Origin: Rhynchobatus australiae
Lineage: Eukaryota
Length of the DNA: 64,000 bases
Reading direction: 5' to 3'
Assembly: GCA_034780895.1 (NCBI GenBank)
Contig: JAUZTB010000048.1
Location: 15,650,927 to 15,714,926, forward strand
The stretch's first letter is position 1. Each line of letters starts with the position of its first letter. The translations under genes were made by a program, and so were the position numbers. Shown here one piece after another: positions 25,120-36,196 of this stretch. The notes beneath the pieces are model-generated. The model was given only the letters and a program-made list of their open reading frames with translations, ran no database searches and was not told the origin of the DNA.

Positions 25120-26360
25120 GCTTTTTGTACTTCATACATGAGGAACCCAAATCCCTCTGTACAGTGGCATTTGGGCAATATTCGGCTTTTCTTCCTACCA
25201 AAGAGGATGACCTTAAATTTCCCTGCATTATAGTTCATCTGCTAAATTTGCACCCACCTGCTTAATCTAATCAAAATCCTTTTCCCAACACTTTGCATCT
25301 TCCTCACAGTTTCCCATCCAATTTTGCATCTTTAGCAAATCTGGCTACAATAAATTTGGTTCCTTCATCCCATGTATATAGACTGTAAATCATTGAGGCA
25401 ACAGCACTGATCCCTGAGCCACACCACTAGTTACACTAGGACCTTTTCATCTTGATTTTCTGTTTCCTGTTGGTTAGTCAATCATTTATCCATGATGATA
25501 TATAACCCACAAAGCAGACTTTTGCAATAACCTTTCATGTGACATCTTAATGAATACCTTTTGGAAATCCAAATACACAGCATCTCCAATATCCATCCTC
25601 TCTGTTACATTCTCCAAGAACTCTAGTAAACTCAACAAACACTATTTCTCTTTCATAATACCATCTCCCTTATGATTTTTTTAAAAATGTCCTGCTGTTA
25701 CTTCCTTAGTAATGGATTCTAACACTTTTCCCAATGCGGATGTTAGGTTAACTAATACTGTGGTTTCCTGCTTTCTGTCTCCCTTCCTTCTTGAATAAGG
25801 ATGTCACATTTGCAGTTTTTCAATTTATTGGCACCTTTCCAGAATCAAGGGAACCTTGGAAAATAAAGACCAATCCATCCATTATATCTACATCCACTTG
25901 TTAAGACCCTAGAATGCAGGCCTTCAGGTCCAGGAAACTAAGCCCATTAGTTTCCTTGTACCTTTCTCTGGTAATAATGGCTGTTTAAAGTGCCTCCTTC
26001 CATTTGTCTCTATATTTTCTATTATTATCAGAATGTTTTTAGTGGCAGAAGACAGATAAAAGTTATTTGTTCCAATTGTCTCCCATTTTTATATTTACAA
26101 GGCCCTCTTCTTCCTCTTCCTCCTCCTCCGCCACCTCCGGTACATGTAGGAACTCTTTTTAAATTATCCTTTACAAGTTTCTAAAAATGTTACAATTCTA
26201 ACCTGCGCTAATCCTCAAAACACTGTCGGCCTTTTCTTTTAATTTGATACCATCCTTAACTTGTTTAGAGATCCATGAATGGATCATCCTTCTTGTAGAG
26301 TCTTTATTTCCCAACAAAATATATCTTTGAGAATTATGAAATATCTCCTTAACAGTCTGC
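25120..26360 (-). mobile_element. Old CR1 LINE ORF2 remnant
   Basis: Reverse-strand CR1 RT phrases (gcatctttagcaaat = decayed FADD region; gaataccttttggaaatccaaata = YLDFQK-like; aggccttcaggtccaggaa). Many stops and frameshifts. Confidence 0.65.
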
Positions 26361-27666
26361 CATCTTTTAAAAGATTATAATTGTATTAGGGGTACGTGTA
26401 TCTTCATTCTTACCGGGAGGAAACGATCTTCATTTGGCCTTGTGATCTTGTTTTAATACAGTGTCTCCCATACAAAGGACATATTCATTTCTATTTTTTA
26501 AGTTAATGTCATTTGATTCCCCATTACCCCTCTAAACTGTTCTTGGTCCGGTGATATAAATTAAATGATTTGGATAACCTCACAATCAATTTACAGAAAT
26601 CCTTTTACATGGTTATCATGTCACGTTTTTTTCAGAGCAATTTCCATTTTTTGCACTGGGAGAACAAACAGCAGAGACAATATTTTTAAAATTTTCAATA
26701 ATATCTTAAATATATTGGCATTAACTTATTAGAATTCATCTTGAATTAATTATTTTCAATAAAGATATTGTAAGCAGTGTAGCTGGAAATGTTTACTCTC
26801 AAATACATACTTTCTACCTTACAGTTCTATTAGCTTTAGAATTACACATCAACAGGGTTTAATGTCAAATTTCTTGGCATTCCAAGTTTCCTTTCATGCT
26901 CCACTTCTTGCAAGGCTTCCCAATGCAGATCTTTATCTCTAGAGTCATTATTGCATTATTCACCATGGGCTTTTTGTTGGTAGCATAACATTGGAAGCTA
27001 TATGTCAATTTTCTGCCTTCCCTGAACTTTTTGGGAGGATTTTTACCTCAAAGATTGATATTTTTGATCAATGTTAACCCTTATGGTTCATGAAAATTAG
27101 GAATACTGGAGGACTGTCTTTCAGGCCTCTATGCTGGTCTCTTATTTCCTTTTTAAAACTTGTTTTTAACATGGTTTTTTAAACTCTATCTTTAATATGG
27201 TCTTCCTTTGTAAGTCACCAGTGATTTGCTTTGAAATTTATTTCAAGGTCCTCTTAAGATCCAAGTGGATGGCATTCATTCTGTCTTAGTTGATGGTTAC
27301 TCTGAAATCCTTTCAATCTTTTGATTAGATTTACCATCCCAAGTTCTCACACTCACTTACTGTGTTCCACTAAGCTAACTGCATTCCTAATAAGAATCTC
27401 TAGGAGATTCCACAGAACTACAGCTACATTCACCACAATATCTTATTAGGGGTTATGTTGCATTGCTTTAAGCCATGTTATGTCACCTGCCATTTCCTTT
27501 GTATCTAATCTGCTATAAAAATGCTTCTATCTGCACTCCCCATTTTTTTTCCTGAAATTCCTTTAATTGGATGTGTATCACCAAATTCACATCTGCTTCT
27601 TTTCCAAATAATAATTTTGTAATGAAATTCGCTCTTCTCTTAGATTTCATAATAGGAGCTAAGGAG

Positions 27667-28041
27667 ATTGGGAACTGGACCTTAAAGTTGTGGAGTTGAA
27701 ATGATTTGCTCAATGGTCTTTTCCATTGATCCATTAAAAATTTTAAAGGTTTTGTTAACCAATTTTATCTGTGTTTTATTCCCTCCTTTCTCATTTTTCT
27801 TCATGAAGTGGTATTCACCTCTGAGCAAGATCTGTCCCCTGTTCATCTGGACATTATTAAAGTTTGTCGTTTCATTTTACAGCTGGATGGCTTTATGTAT
27901 AATCGTAGTAATTCAAAATGTCACACTTTCTGTAGGAATCACTGGATGACAAGTAAGGGGGAAATCCTAACAGGCATTTAAAGAGGTAGTTCTCATTGGG
28001 TACTGGACCTTAAAGTTGTGGAGTTGAAATGATTTGCTCAA
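27667..28041. repeat. 47-bp dispersed direct repeat (27667-27713 and 27995-28041), 1 mismatch
   Basis: attggg[a/t]actggaccttaaagttgtggagttgaaatgatttgctcaa occurs twice, offset by 328 bp. Confidence 0.95.
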
Positions 28042-28373
28042 ATTATCAAGCTCAGGCTAGGAGTCAGGGTGAGCACCCTGTCTCTCTAATGAACAACTGG
28101 GCTTTTTGGCAGCAGGAGTGGGCATCTGGGAAAAGCATGCCTGTTGATCTCCACCCAAAAATAAGATAGAGTTTACTTCCTATGTATAGATACCTGGCCC
28201 CTCATAGGGAATTCAATGAATGGCTTTAGTGGCATTTAGCCTGCCAGTGGCTCAGATAGGGAGGTGTTTATGCATGCAGGCCTTTATCCTTTTGTTAAGA
28301 TCTGCTCTTCCATTTGAGGCTCACAGTTTCACCAGTACTCCCATACATCTACGTGAATACTACTCACTTATTC

Positions 28374-28413
28374 ACAGGGCTGATGAAGGGTCTTGACCCG
28401 AAACGTCGACTGT
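28374..28413 (+). ncRNA. Minimal type-I hammerhead ribozyme motif (Penelope pLTR-associated)
   Basis: CTGATGA(28380-6)-A-GGGTC-TT-GACCC-GAAA(28400-3)-C-GTC(28405-7)-GACTGT. Core and stem II intact, palindromic ACGT mini-stem III. The two stem I base pairs next to the core are mismatched. Confidence 0.7.
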
Positions 28414-28469
28414 CCATTTCCCTCCACAGATGCTGCCTGACCCACTGCATTCCTCCAGCATTTTGTGTG
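28374..28469 (+). mobile_element. Solo Penelope-type pLTR 3' fragment
   Basis: Hammerhead followed by ccatttccctccacagatgctgcctgaccc...tcctccagcattttgtgtg; same family as 8391-8592. Confidence 0.75.
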
Positions 28470-30529
28470 GTGCTTCAAGTATGCATGATATGCTTTTCGA
28501 CATCCCCAAACGGCATTTGTGTTTGGAAACAGCAGGAATGTGACAGACCAGGAATCAGTTCCCCATTCCAATTGTGCACTATGTATGCATGGTATTTTTT
28601 GAATGATTTTGTATAGCACAAAAAGACCAGGCATTACTGAATTAATTTTGCAGTGCCCTTTTCAATGAGCAGTACTTTCAATCCTTCACACTTATTCCTT
28701 CTCAAAAACAGAGAAGTTACATTTCACATTTTTCATTGTTCTTCATACACAATTCTTCTTCTGCGTTATTAATAACTCCAGCTATTTAAACAGCTGGGAG
28801 TTATTTTAGTGAAGAGGTAGAAATAGATGTGGAATACAACTGTGCTAATAAAGCACACTCATTTGGGAGGCAGGTTTTAGCAGGAAATTTTGGGCCTAAT
28901 TGCCGAATACAATCATTTGAATATTCCTGGGAATGTTAAAGTAGAAGATTTAGCACTTAACCATACATTAGAATCATTTCTTGTGCAGTTAATTCTGCCA
29001 AAATACCTTGCAGCCTCTTTAATGAGGGCTGACAGGCAGCTTAAATGGCATACAGCCCCTAATGACCCTCTGGATGGCTGTTCCTATCTCTTGATTCATT
29101 TTCTCTATAAGGTTAACGTCTTGTGCTAAACTCGGATCAAACTGATGTTTCTGCTCAAGATACCATTGTGGCCAGCTCGTGGATTCTTGTTATCAAAGGA
29201 AACTGGAAGAAATTTCTCCCTTAATATGGTGTAAACATATCGTAAATAAAAATTGGAATAATTTCATAATGACAAGTGACTAAGGCCTAGAAGTTACATG
29301 GCCCATAATCATGATACACAGTGGGCCAACCAAGATACTTTTGGAGAGTTCTACAAGGCAGAATAGGCCTTGCACACTTTGTGCCCATATCGGCCCACAG
29401 AAAAGCAGTTAAGTCATGAGTCTTGGTTCATATCATAGGATCACAGCGGTGGGGTTGGGGGGGGGGGGAGGATCAAGGCTTCAGGCAGGGGATCAGAATT
29501 TCAAGGATCAGGTCATTGGGTGTGAATAGCTTTGAAACTGGCTACTGGGAGTTGGTAAGGGTTGGCATGGCGATTGTGGCCATTGACGGTGATCAGAGTA
29601 ATGGAGGTAAAGCATCAACCTAGCAATCAGGTGGCCCTAGTAATAGGGGAATAGCGGGAAGTAATAAGGATTCTTCTGATGTGGCTGATTGTACAGAGTC
29701 AGTCAGTGGATATATTGTGAAGGGTGAATACATATTGAGGGGTTGTATGAATTGTGTCAGAGATTTTGGGGCATTGTAGAACATCTAGCCAGAAATTGGG
29801 AAGTAGTAGCGAGCTGGGCCAGAAATTGGGTGGTGGGGGTGGGGGAGGCGAAGGCATTGTAAAGAGTTGAGAATGCAGTAATGTCCATTGGTCAGGCTAC
29901 ATGTTGGTGGGGATCAAGATAGTTGATAGTAGGGAGCAAGGTGGCAAGGATCAGCCTCATGGAGGATTAGCTAGCGTTGGCCAACTGATAGGTGATGATG
30001 GGGGTATTGTTGCTGAAGAGGGTCAGCATGAGGTAGGCGGTAGTCTCATTCGGGGGGAGCAAGGCTCATGGGTTGGTGGAGAGGAGGGACAGTGGTGTTG
30101 GATGGTCTGGAGGAAAGGCCAGTCCGGGGGAGATTCCCGGTATCATAACTCTCAGGCAGGTCTCCTCAAAGTAACAAATGTAAACCTCACAAGCGTAGTG
30201 AAGTCCTGCTTCTGCATGAGTAGCCCACACCATCCATATCACACAAATCGTATACAGATGTGTTTTCACTATGTTGATGTTACTGTGCATGTTTGACTAT
30301 ATCGAACTCATTGTAAGGCACGATTTTCTGTTGCAGTCGATTTGTTTCAGAAATTGTGTTATGCAGTGCACATAAATTGTATTCTACATAATGAAAATTC
30401 AGGCCCTATTAATTGTGGAAATGGATTTGAGTATCTCTGGAAACTACTGCACAGGTAATGTTGGTCTACAACTTAAGAAGGCTGGAATACAATGAGGAGA
30501 AGCTTTACTTTCAAGAGGAAAGATTGATC

Positions 30530-30900
30530 TGGCTTTGGAGATTTACCAGAATGATGGCAGAGGTGAATGGTGAGGTTAACTGAAAATTAGTAAGGAAGAT
30601 CCTGAGATTGTTTGTTTTAGAACAGGAACCCAAAATGATAGAACTCAATCTAGATCTGACCAAATAGGAATGAACACAGCAAGCACTTTCTCATTCATAG
30701 ATAGTGGGAATCTGATACTCTCCCCCAAAAGGTTGTGTAATGCTGGGTCAACTGCAATTTTCAACAACAGTTAGATTTTTGCTGGATAGACATATCAAGA
30801 TATATGATGCAAGGACAGACAAATGGACTTGATGTGCAGAACAGCCACAAACAAAGAATGGAACAACTGTGAGAGGCTAGATGGCTTCCTTCTGTTCTTC
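30530..30900 (+). mobile_element. Old CR1 3' fragment
   Basis: ggagatttaccagaatgat...ctagatggcttccttctgttc tail; heavily decayed. Confidence 0.45.
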
Positions 30901-33900
30901 TGGACAAGGCATTATGTTGTTAAAGTGAACATAAGTTAGCTTTATCACTTGGTATTTATTGTTGGCTTTTTGTACTCTCTCTAATTTATTGTGTTGAATC
31001 TTATTTATTGTCTTTCCACATCTCAAACTATTCACTTAAAGATTTAACTTTGCAAATGCTGAAATGCAGTATTTATGATAATGAATTTAATTCAGCTGTT
31101 TATCAAATTGTATCTTTTAAACTAGTTGAGTCCAGTTTACACATTGTAAATCAGTCAAGGCCACACCTCCAATTAATGCCCTTATAGTGTATTTCACACA
31201 GGTTGCAGTATGTACATTACTGGCCTAATTCATATTTTCTAAAGAAGGTCCTGTTTTATTGGCCTAGGTGGGCGAGATGGGGAAATGTTCCCATTTAGGT
31301 ATTCCAGCCTTGTCATAATGGATTAATTGTTGTCGGGATAATTGGTAAAGAAAGTTATTATAGTTTTATAGAAATCAACCACATTTTGATGTGAGGGCCA
31401 ACCAAATTAAGTTGCACCAGTGAAACTGAGTTTTTTTTACAGAAACTTCATGGGACTTCTTCAAAAGGCTGGAGCACTTTAATAAGGTATGTAGAGAAGA
31501 TTTAATTCCTGACAAAGAAGTGGGACAAACTTTTTATTAAATGTATCATAGAATTATTTTGAGCATTCACTGGAGATGTGATTACATTCAGGGGACATAA
31601 TGTGTGAGAAAATTGGTATGGATGCAAAACTAACTGAAAGAAAGGAAACAGCAGCTTTAACTCAGGGAGTCCCTGTCTGTAGCACCCAGACAGAAGTAAG
31701 CCAGGGCTGTGAAAAAACAACAAAACTTAAATTTTCAAGTCTGCAAAATACAGTGCACTCTTTTATAACTGGACATATCAAATTTGTTATGATAGCAAAG
31801 TAAGCTCTATGGCAACTGTTGTAATGCTCTGGAGCTGACTGCTCGGGAAGGATGGGGAAAGCCGTTTTGTTTGTTATTTCTGGCAGGGCTTGCTGGCTTA
31901 ACTTGCTCTTATTCTGTAGGGGGACCTTTGAGAGCATTCTTTTCCATACCAGGAACTCTGCCAATCTGGCAGGATACAACACCACTCCCACACCTCCCCA
32001 TAACACCCTCCCCATCCTATTTTCAGCTGTTTGCCTTCAAAATGTCTGATCTCCTAAACACAGAGCATTTGCAGTGGCAAAAGTTAATGGAAAAAATTAA
32101 ACACGCATGGCACGTTGCAGAAATTTGTTGTTTTGCTTAACAAGGCTTCCCCTCTATAAACAGCTCTTGTAAACTGCTGTGCACAGCTATCTGCTGTACT
32201 TCTTATTCACTACTGCAGTGCCAAGCTTTAAACCTTTTGATCATTTTCTTTAACTAAAGTAAAAATAATGAGGGTTTGGTTTACAGGTAGCCCTCAGATT
32301 TTGACACTCAGCAATTTTGTGTTTTACTCCTTAATGAAAGCCACGTTGGGATTTCTGTTTAGGGAGTGCTGATACTCATAATATACTTGCCAGTTAGGAA
32401 AGGGTTCTGTTGAGATGACTGGAAAATACTAAATAGCAACTGTGGGGATAACATTTCTATCCAGTTCACGGTCTGTCAAAAGTATTGTGCTCTGTGAATG
32501 ATAAGTTAATGTTTTCACTGAGACTGCCCATATTCCATAAGTCTCACATAGTTGCTCCTTAATTTACTATGAGTCACTGACAAGTGAATGGAATTTTTTT
32601 GTCCAAAAGGTAACAAACTTATCTGAGTTTTTGTTTATTCAGTGACTGATGTTCTTTGATTCTGGGTGTGCATTTTCCAAATTCTTGCAAAGATATTAAA
32701 ATTTGACATTGACGGATGTTTTTATATGGTGATGAGAAGTTCAACTTGAGCAGCTGCACATAAAAAACTAAAGTACTGATTTTATTCAGAGTCTTGCAAA
32801 AGGAAGAACTAGATCTTTTCTATATCGCCCCATATGGTACATTTTCTCAATTAAAAAAAAACTTCTATTTTCTTTTTGGGCTGTTAGAATAGCTCATGGG
32901 AAGTTGAAAATCTGAATTTTGTTGAATGACACCTCTTAATTCAGCTAACCAGTTTAAAAAAAATTGTTCAAATTATTGCCCAGCTCAAAACAAAAGGATG
33001 CAAAGTGAAAAGCCAAAAAAAACACCATATGTTGAAAATTGCATCCTTTTTTTAATATACATAGTGTCAAAAGTTGCAATTTATTATCACCAAACTAGGC
33101 TTTGGATGAGAACACTGCCCAGAAAAAGCAGTCTGATTGACCCAACAAGGATGATAACACCAATGCATCCTATTTTGTTTGCTAAGTATCCAAGGAGCCC
33201 ATTGAACTCTCCTGGTACTTTGGGGGTCATTTTAATCTGTGGTGATCCTGTTTTAGAACGTCACATTGCTAGGAGGCACATTAAGATTACATTCTGAACT
33301 GCGCCCCCCCCCACCCCAACCCCTCCAAATTGCTGCTAAAGTGAATAAATAGGAAATGATGGGCAATGCACATACAAATTCTAAATACGCAGCTCTTTCA
33401 GACATGTTCTCATGCCAGGATTACTTCACATAAAGATTTATCTGAACAGTGTCGCTCAGAGTTTATTTAAATATCTTGAAAGTGTGCACAATGCTGTCTG
33501 TGTGCTCAGTATATTTAACTGGTGGATGTGGAGGTTCTGCACGTGTGTGTAAGCACTCATGTAGAACTGTCTGCTGGATTTGGCAGTCAAAACCACAGAC
33601 AGGCAGATCTGAGGTCGGTAGGTACACTACGGCTGCACTTTTACTTCAAAGTAACAATGCAGTTCTGGAGTCTTTCAGTTTATTTGTTAGATAAGGTGCA
33701 TCAATGATGAGATAGATTTAGTTTTTAAGACATGTGGCCATGCTTTTGTTGTTGAAACTGTTTGGTATTGCAATAAATCTGAGGAGCAGTCAAGAATATA
33801 GATAATTTCCTTTGTGAATTACTTGTAACAAAATGGTAAACTTTCCTTCATATACACCTCTGAAAATATGGAGAAATATGTCTTTGGGATCACATGTAGC

Positions 33901-34929
33901 CCATTAAAATCCAGTCGAAGGAAAGGGCTCTTTACTGAGGGTGTGTGACATCAGGCAAGATGTTCAGTAGTAGTTTTGTTTGCATTGTCAGCATTTCACT
34001 CCGGTACTGGAAAATTCTCAAACCACAGCAACTGACGCACAGTAACAAATGTCGCAGAGTACCTGAAAACATGCAGACACCACCCACATGTCCAGCGCTT
34101 TCACAGTCAAGTAGCAACATAGCAACAATGTGTTCAGAGGCAGGCAATATCAAAGGCAAAATGAATACATCCTGATAACTGCTGGCTGATAAAAACATAG
34201 CCAGGGTTGTATGCGGTGAGAATGGTGTGCTGCTGTAACAACAACTGGGCAGCTCATGCATGAAAGCTCTGATGAGCACCAAGACCATGTTTTTATCCTT
34301 TTCTCCCCCTTTCCTGGGGTTATTACAAGCCAGCTCTCGAGAGGGAGGAATGGAACCATTAGAGGCGGTGGCGCACGATGTAACAGGGAGACTGTAATTG
34401 CCAAGAGCTGGTGGGTTGAGGTTGCAGCTAATTCTGGAGGTAACAGTGAAGAAAAGGGACTGCTAAACCTGGCTGTACTGTCTACCTTCAGCTGCCACGT
34501 TTCCTGTCAAACCCTGCCCACAGCAGTTAAATCTGAAAGTCTGAGACAAGCAGCCTCATTGGCATATTATTATTACAGGACCGCTTCTTGAAACGTGGTT
34601 TCGCAACACCTTCCCCACCCACCATTTGAGTTTAGATTTCAGCGCTTTAATTGGTTAACTGCTGAAGATCCAGGAAGGGATGGAAATTAATGTTGCTCCA
34701 TAATAATTCCCATTTAATGCAGCATTGACAGAAATTAGACTTTCATGCAAGGGACTTAATCATATAATAATAAAATTGTGTCACTTTATTGTCTCATNNN
34801 NNNNNNNNNNNNNNNNNNNNNNNNNNNNNNNNNNNNNNNNNNNNNNNNNNNNNNNNNNNNNNNNNNNNNNNNNNNNNNNNNNNNNNNNNNNNNNNNNCAC
34901 TTTATTGTCTCATTATAAGTAGTGATGAA

Positions 34930-34964
34930 TAGGTAAGTGGACATTTCTAGGTAAGTGGACATTT
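34930..34964. repeat. 18-bp tandem duplication containing TAG|GTAAGT
   Basis: taggtaagtggacatttc taggtaagtggacattt. Confidence 0.9.
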
Positions 34965-35616
34965 TTATGGTTGAAGAAAAAGTATCAATAGGGACCTTGA
35001 GATATTGCCACCAGTTAGAGACATGATTATGTTGCAAAGGCACAGCTGATCAGAATAAACACCATCATATTTCAGAATAGAATAGTCTCCCTGGATCTTA
35101 AAGCTGAATGAGGCTGATAAAAAGGAGATTTATATCAACCTGACTGAGAAGTCTGAAGGGACTTTCCTGCTGATTTTTATAATTTATGGAATTAAGAATC
35201 AATATTTTTGGAGATAAGCCACTGTTTAAATATGTTGCGAATGAGACGTGATGTGATTGGAATAAGTTGTCAACCAGAGTCATTTCCAGTTGTTATGATA
35301 CGAAAGCAAATTAAATTTTAATAAGCTGTAATTATTAGCATGATGGTACATTCAGGTCCATTTTCTCCCTTCAATGGCACCCTTAGTTTAGCTATCCCAA
35401 TGAAATTAAACAGATGGGTAACACAGAAATCAATTCTCAAACAGACAATTTTAATGTCAAAGAAAATGTCCTGAAAATGCAACCAGTTTTACATCCAAAA
35501 GCATTTGCTTCACTTTGTCCCCATCCAGCTTATAGATTTATCTATATCATGGGTTGTTACAGTTCACAAATATGGAATATAGACAAACCTTGTTTGCTGT
35601 AATAGATTTGAACTTA

Positions 35617-36196
35617 AGAAACGAAGGACCAAAGATGCTGGAATCTAGATGAAGAACACGATGATGCTGGAAGAACTCAGCAGACCAGGCAGCATCTGTG
35701 GAGAAAAGCAGGTGGTCAATGTTTCAGGTCAGGACCCTTCTTCAGGACTGAAGATAGGAAANNNNNNNNNNNNNNNNNNNNNNNNNNNNNNNNNNNNNNN
35801 NNNNNNNNNNNNNNNNNNNNNAGTAATCCCCACCCCCCTTCCCCACGAGCCCCCCACCCCATCCTGCTTCTTTTCTTCTTCCCTTTCCTAGCCTATCTCT
35901 CTTTTTTCTATTCCCCCTTTCTCTCCTTATGTTTAACCCATCCCCCAGTGGATCTGCTCTCCCCTCCTCCCCCACACCTGCCTATCACTGTCACTTACCT
36001 GCATCTACCTATCACCACCCTGTGCCCACCCCGCTTCCCCTCTTTTGTCCACCTATCGCTGCTCTGCTTTTCCTTCCTATGTATCGGGCTTCCCCTTTTC
36101 CCTGTGTTCAGTCCTGAAGAAGGGTCCTGACCTGAAACATTGACCGCCTGCTTTTCTCCACAGATGCTGCCCGGCCTGCTGAGTTCCTAGTATCAT
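35617..36196. mobile_element. Penelope-derived element with ~90-bp inverted arms, each containing a hammerhead motif
   Basis: 35661-35752 is the reverse complement of 36107-36196 with few mismatches. Each arm has CAGTC-CTGAAGA-A-GGGTC-CT-GACCT-GAAA-CATT-GACC. The spacer is pyrimidine-rich. Confidence 0.8.
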
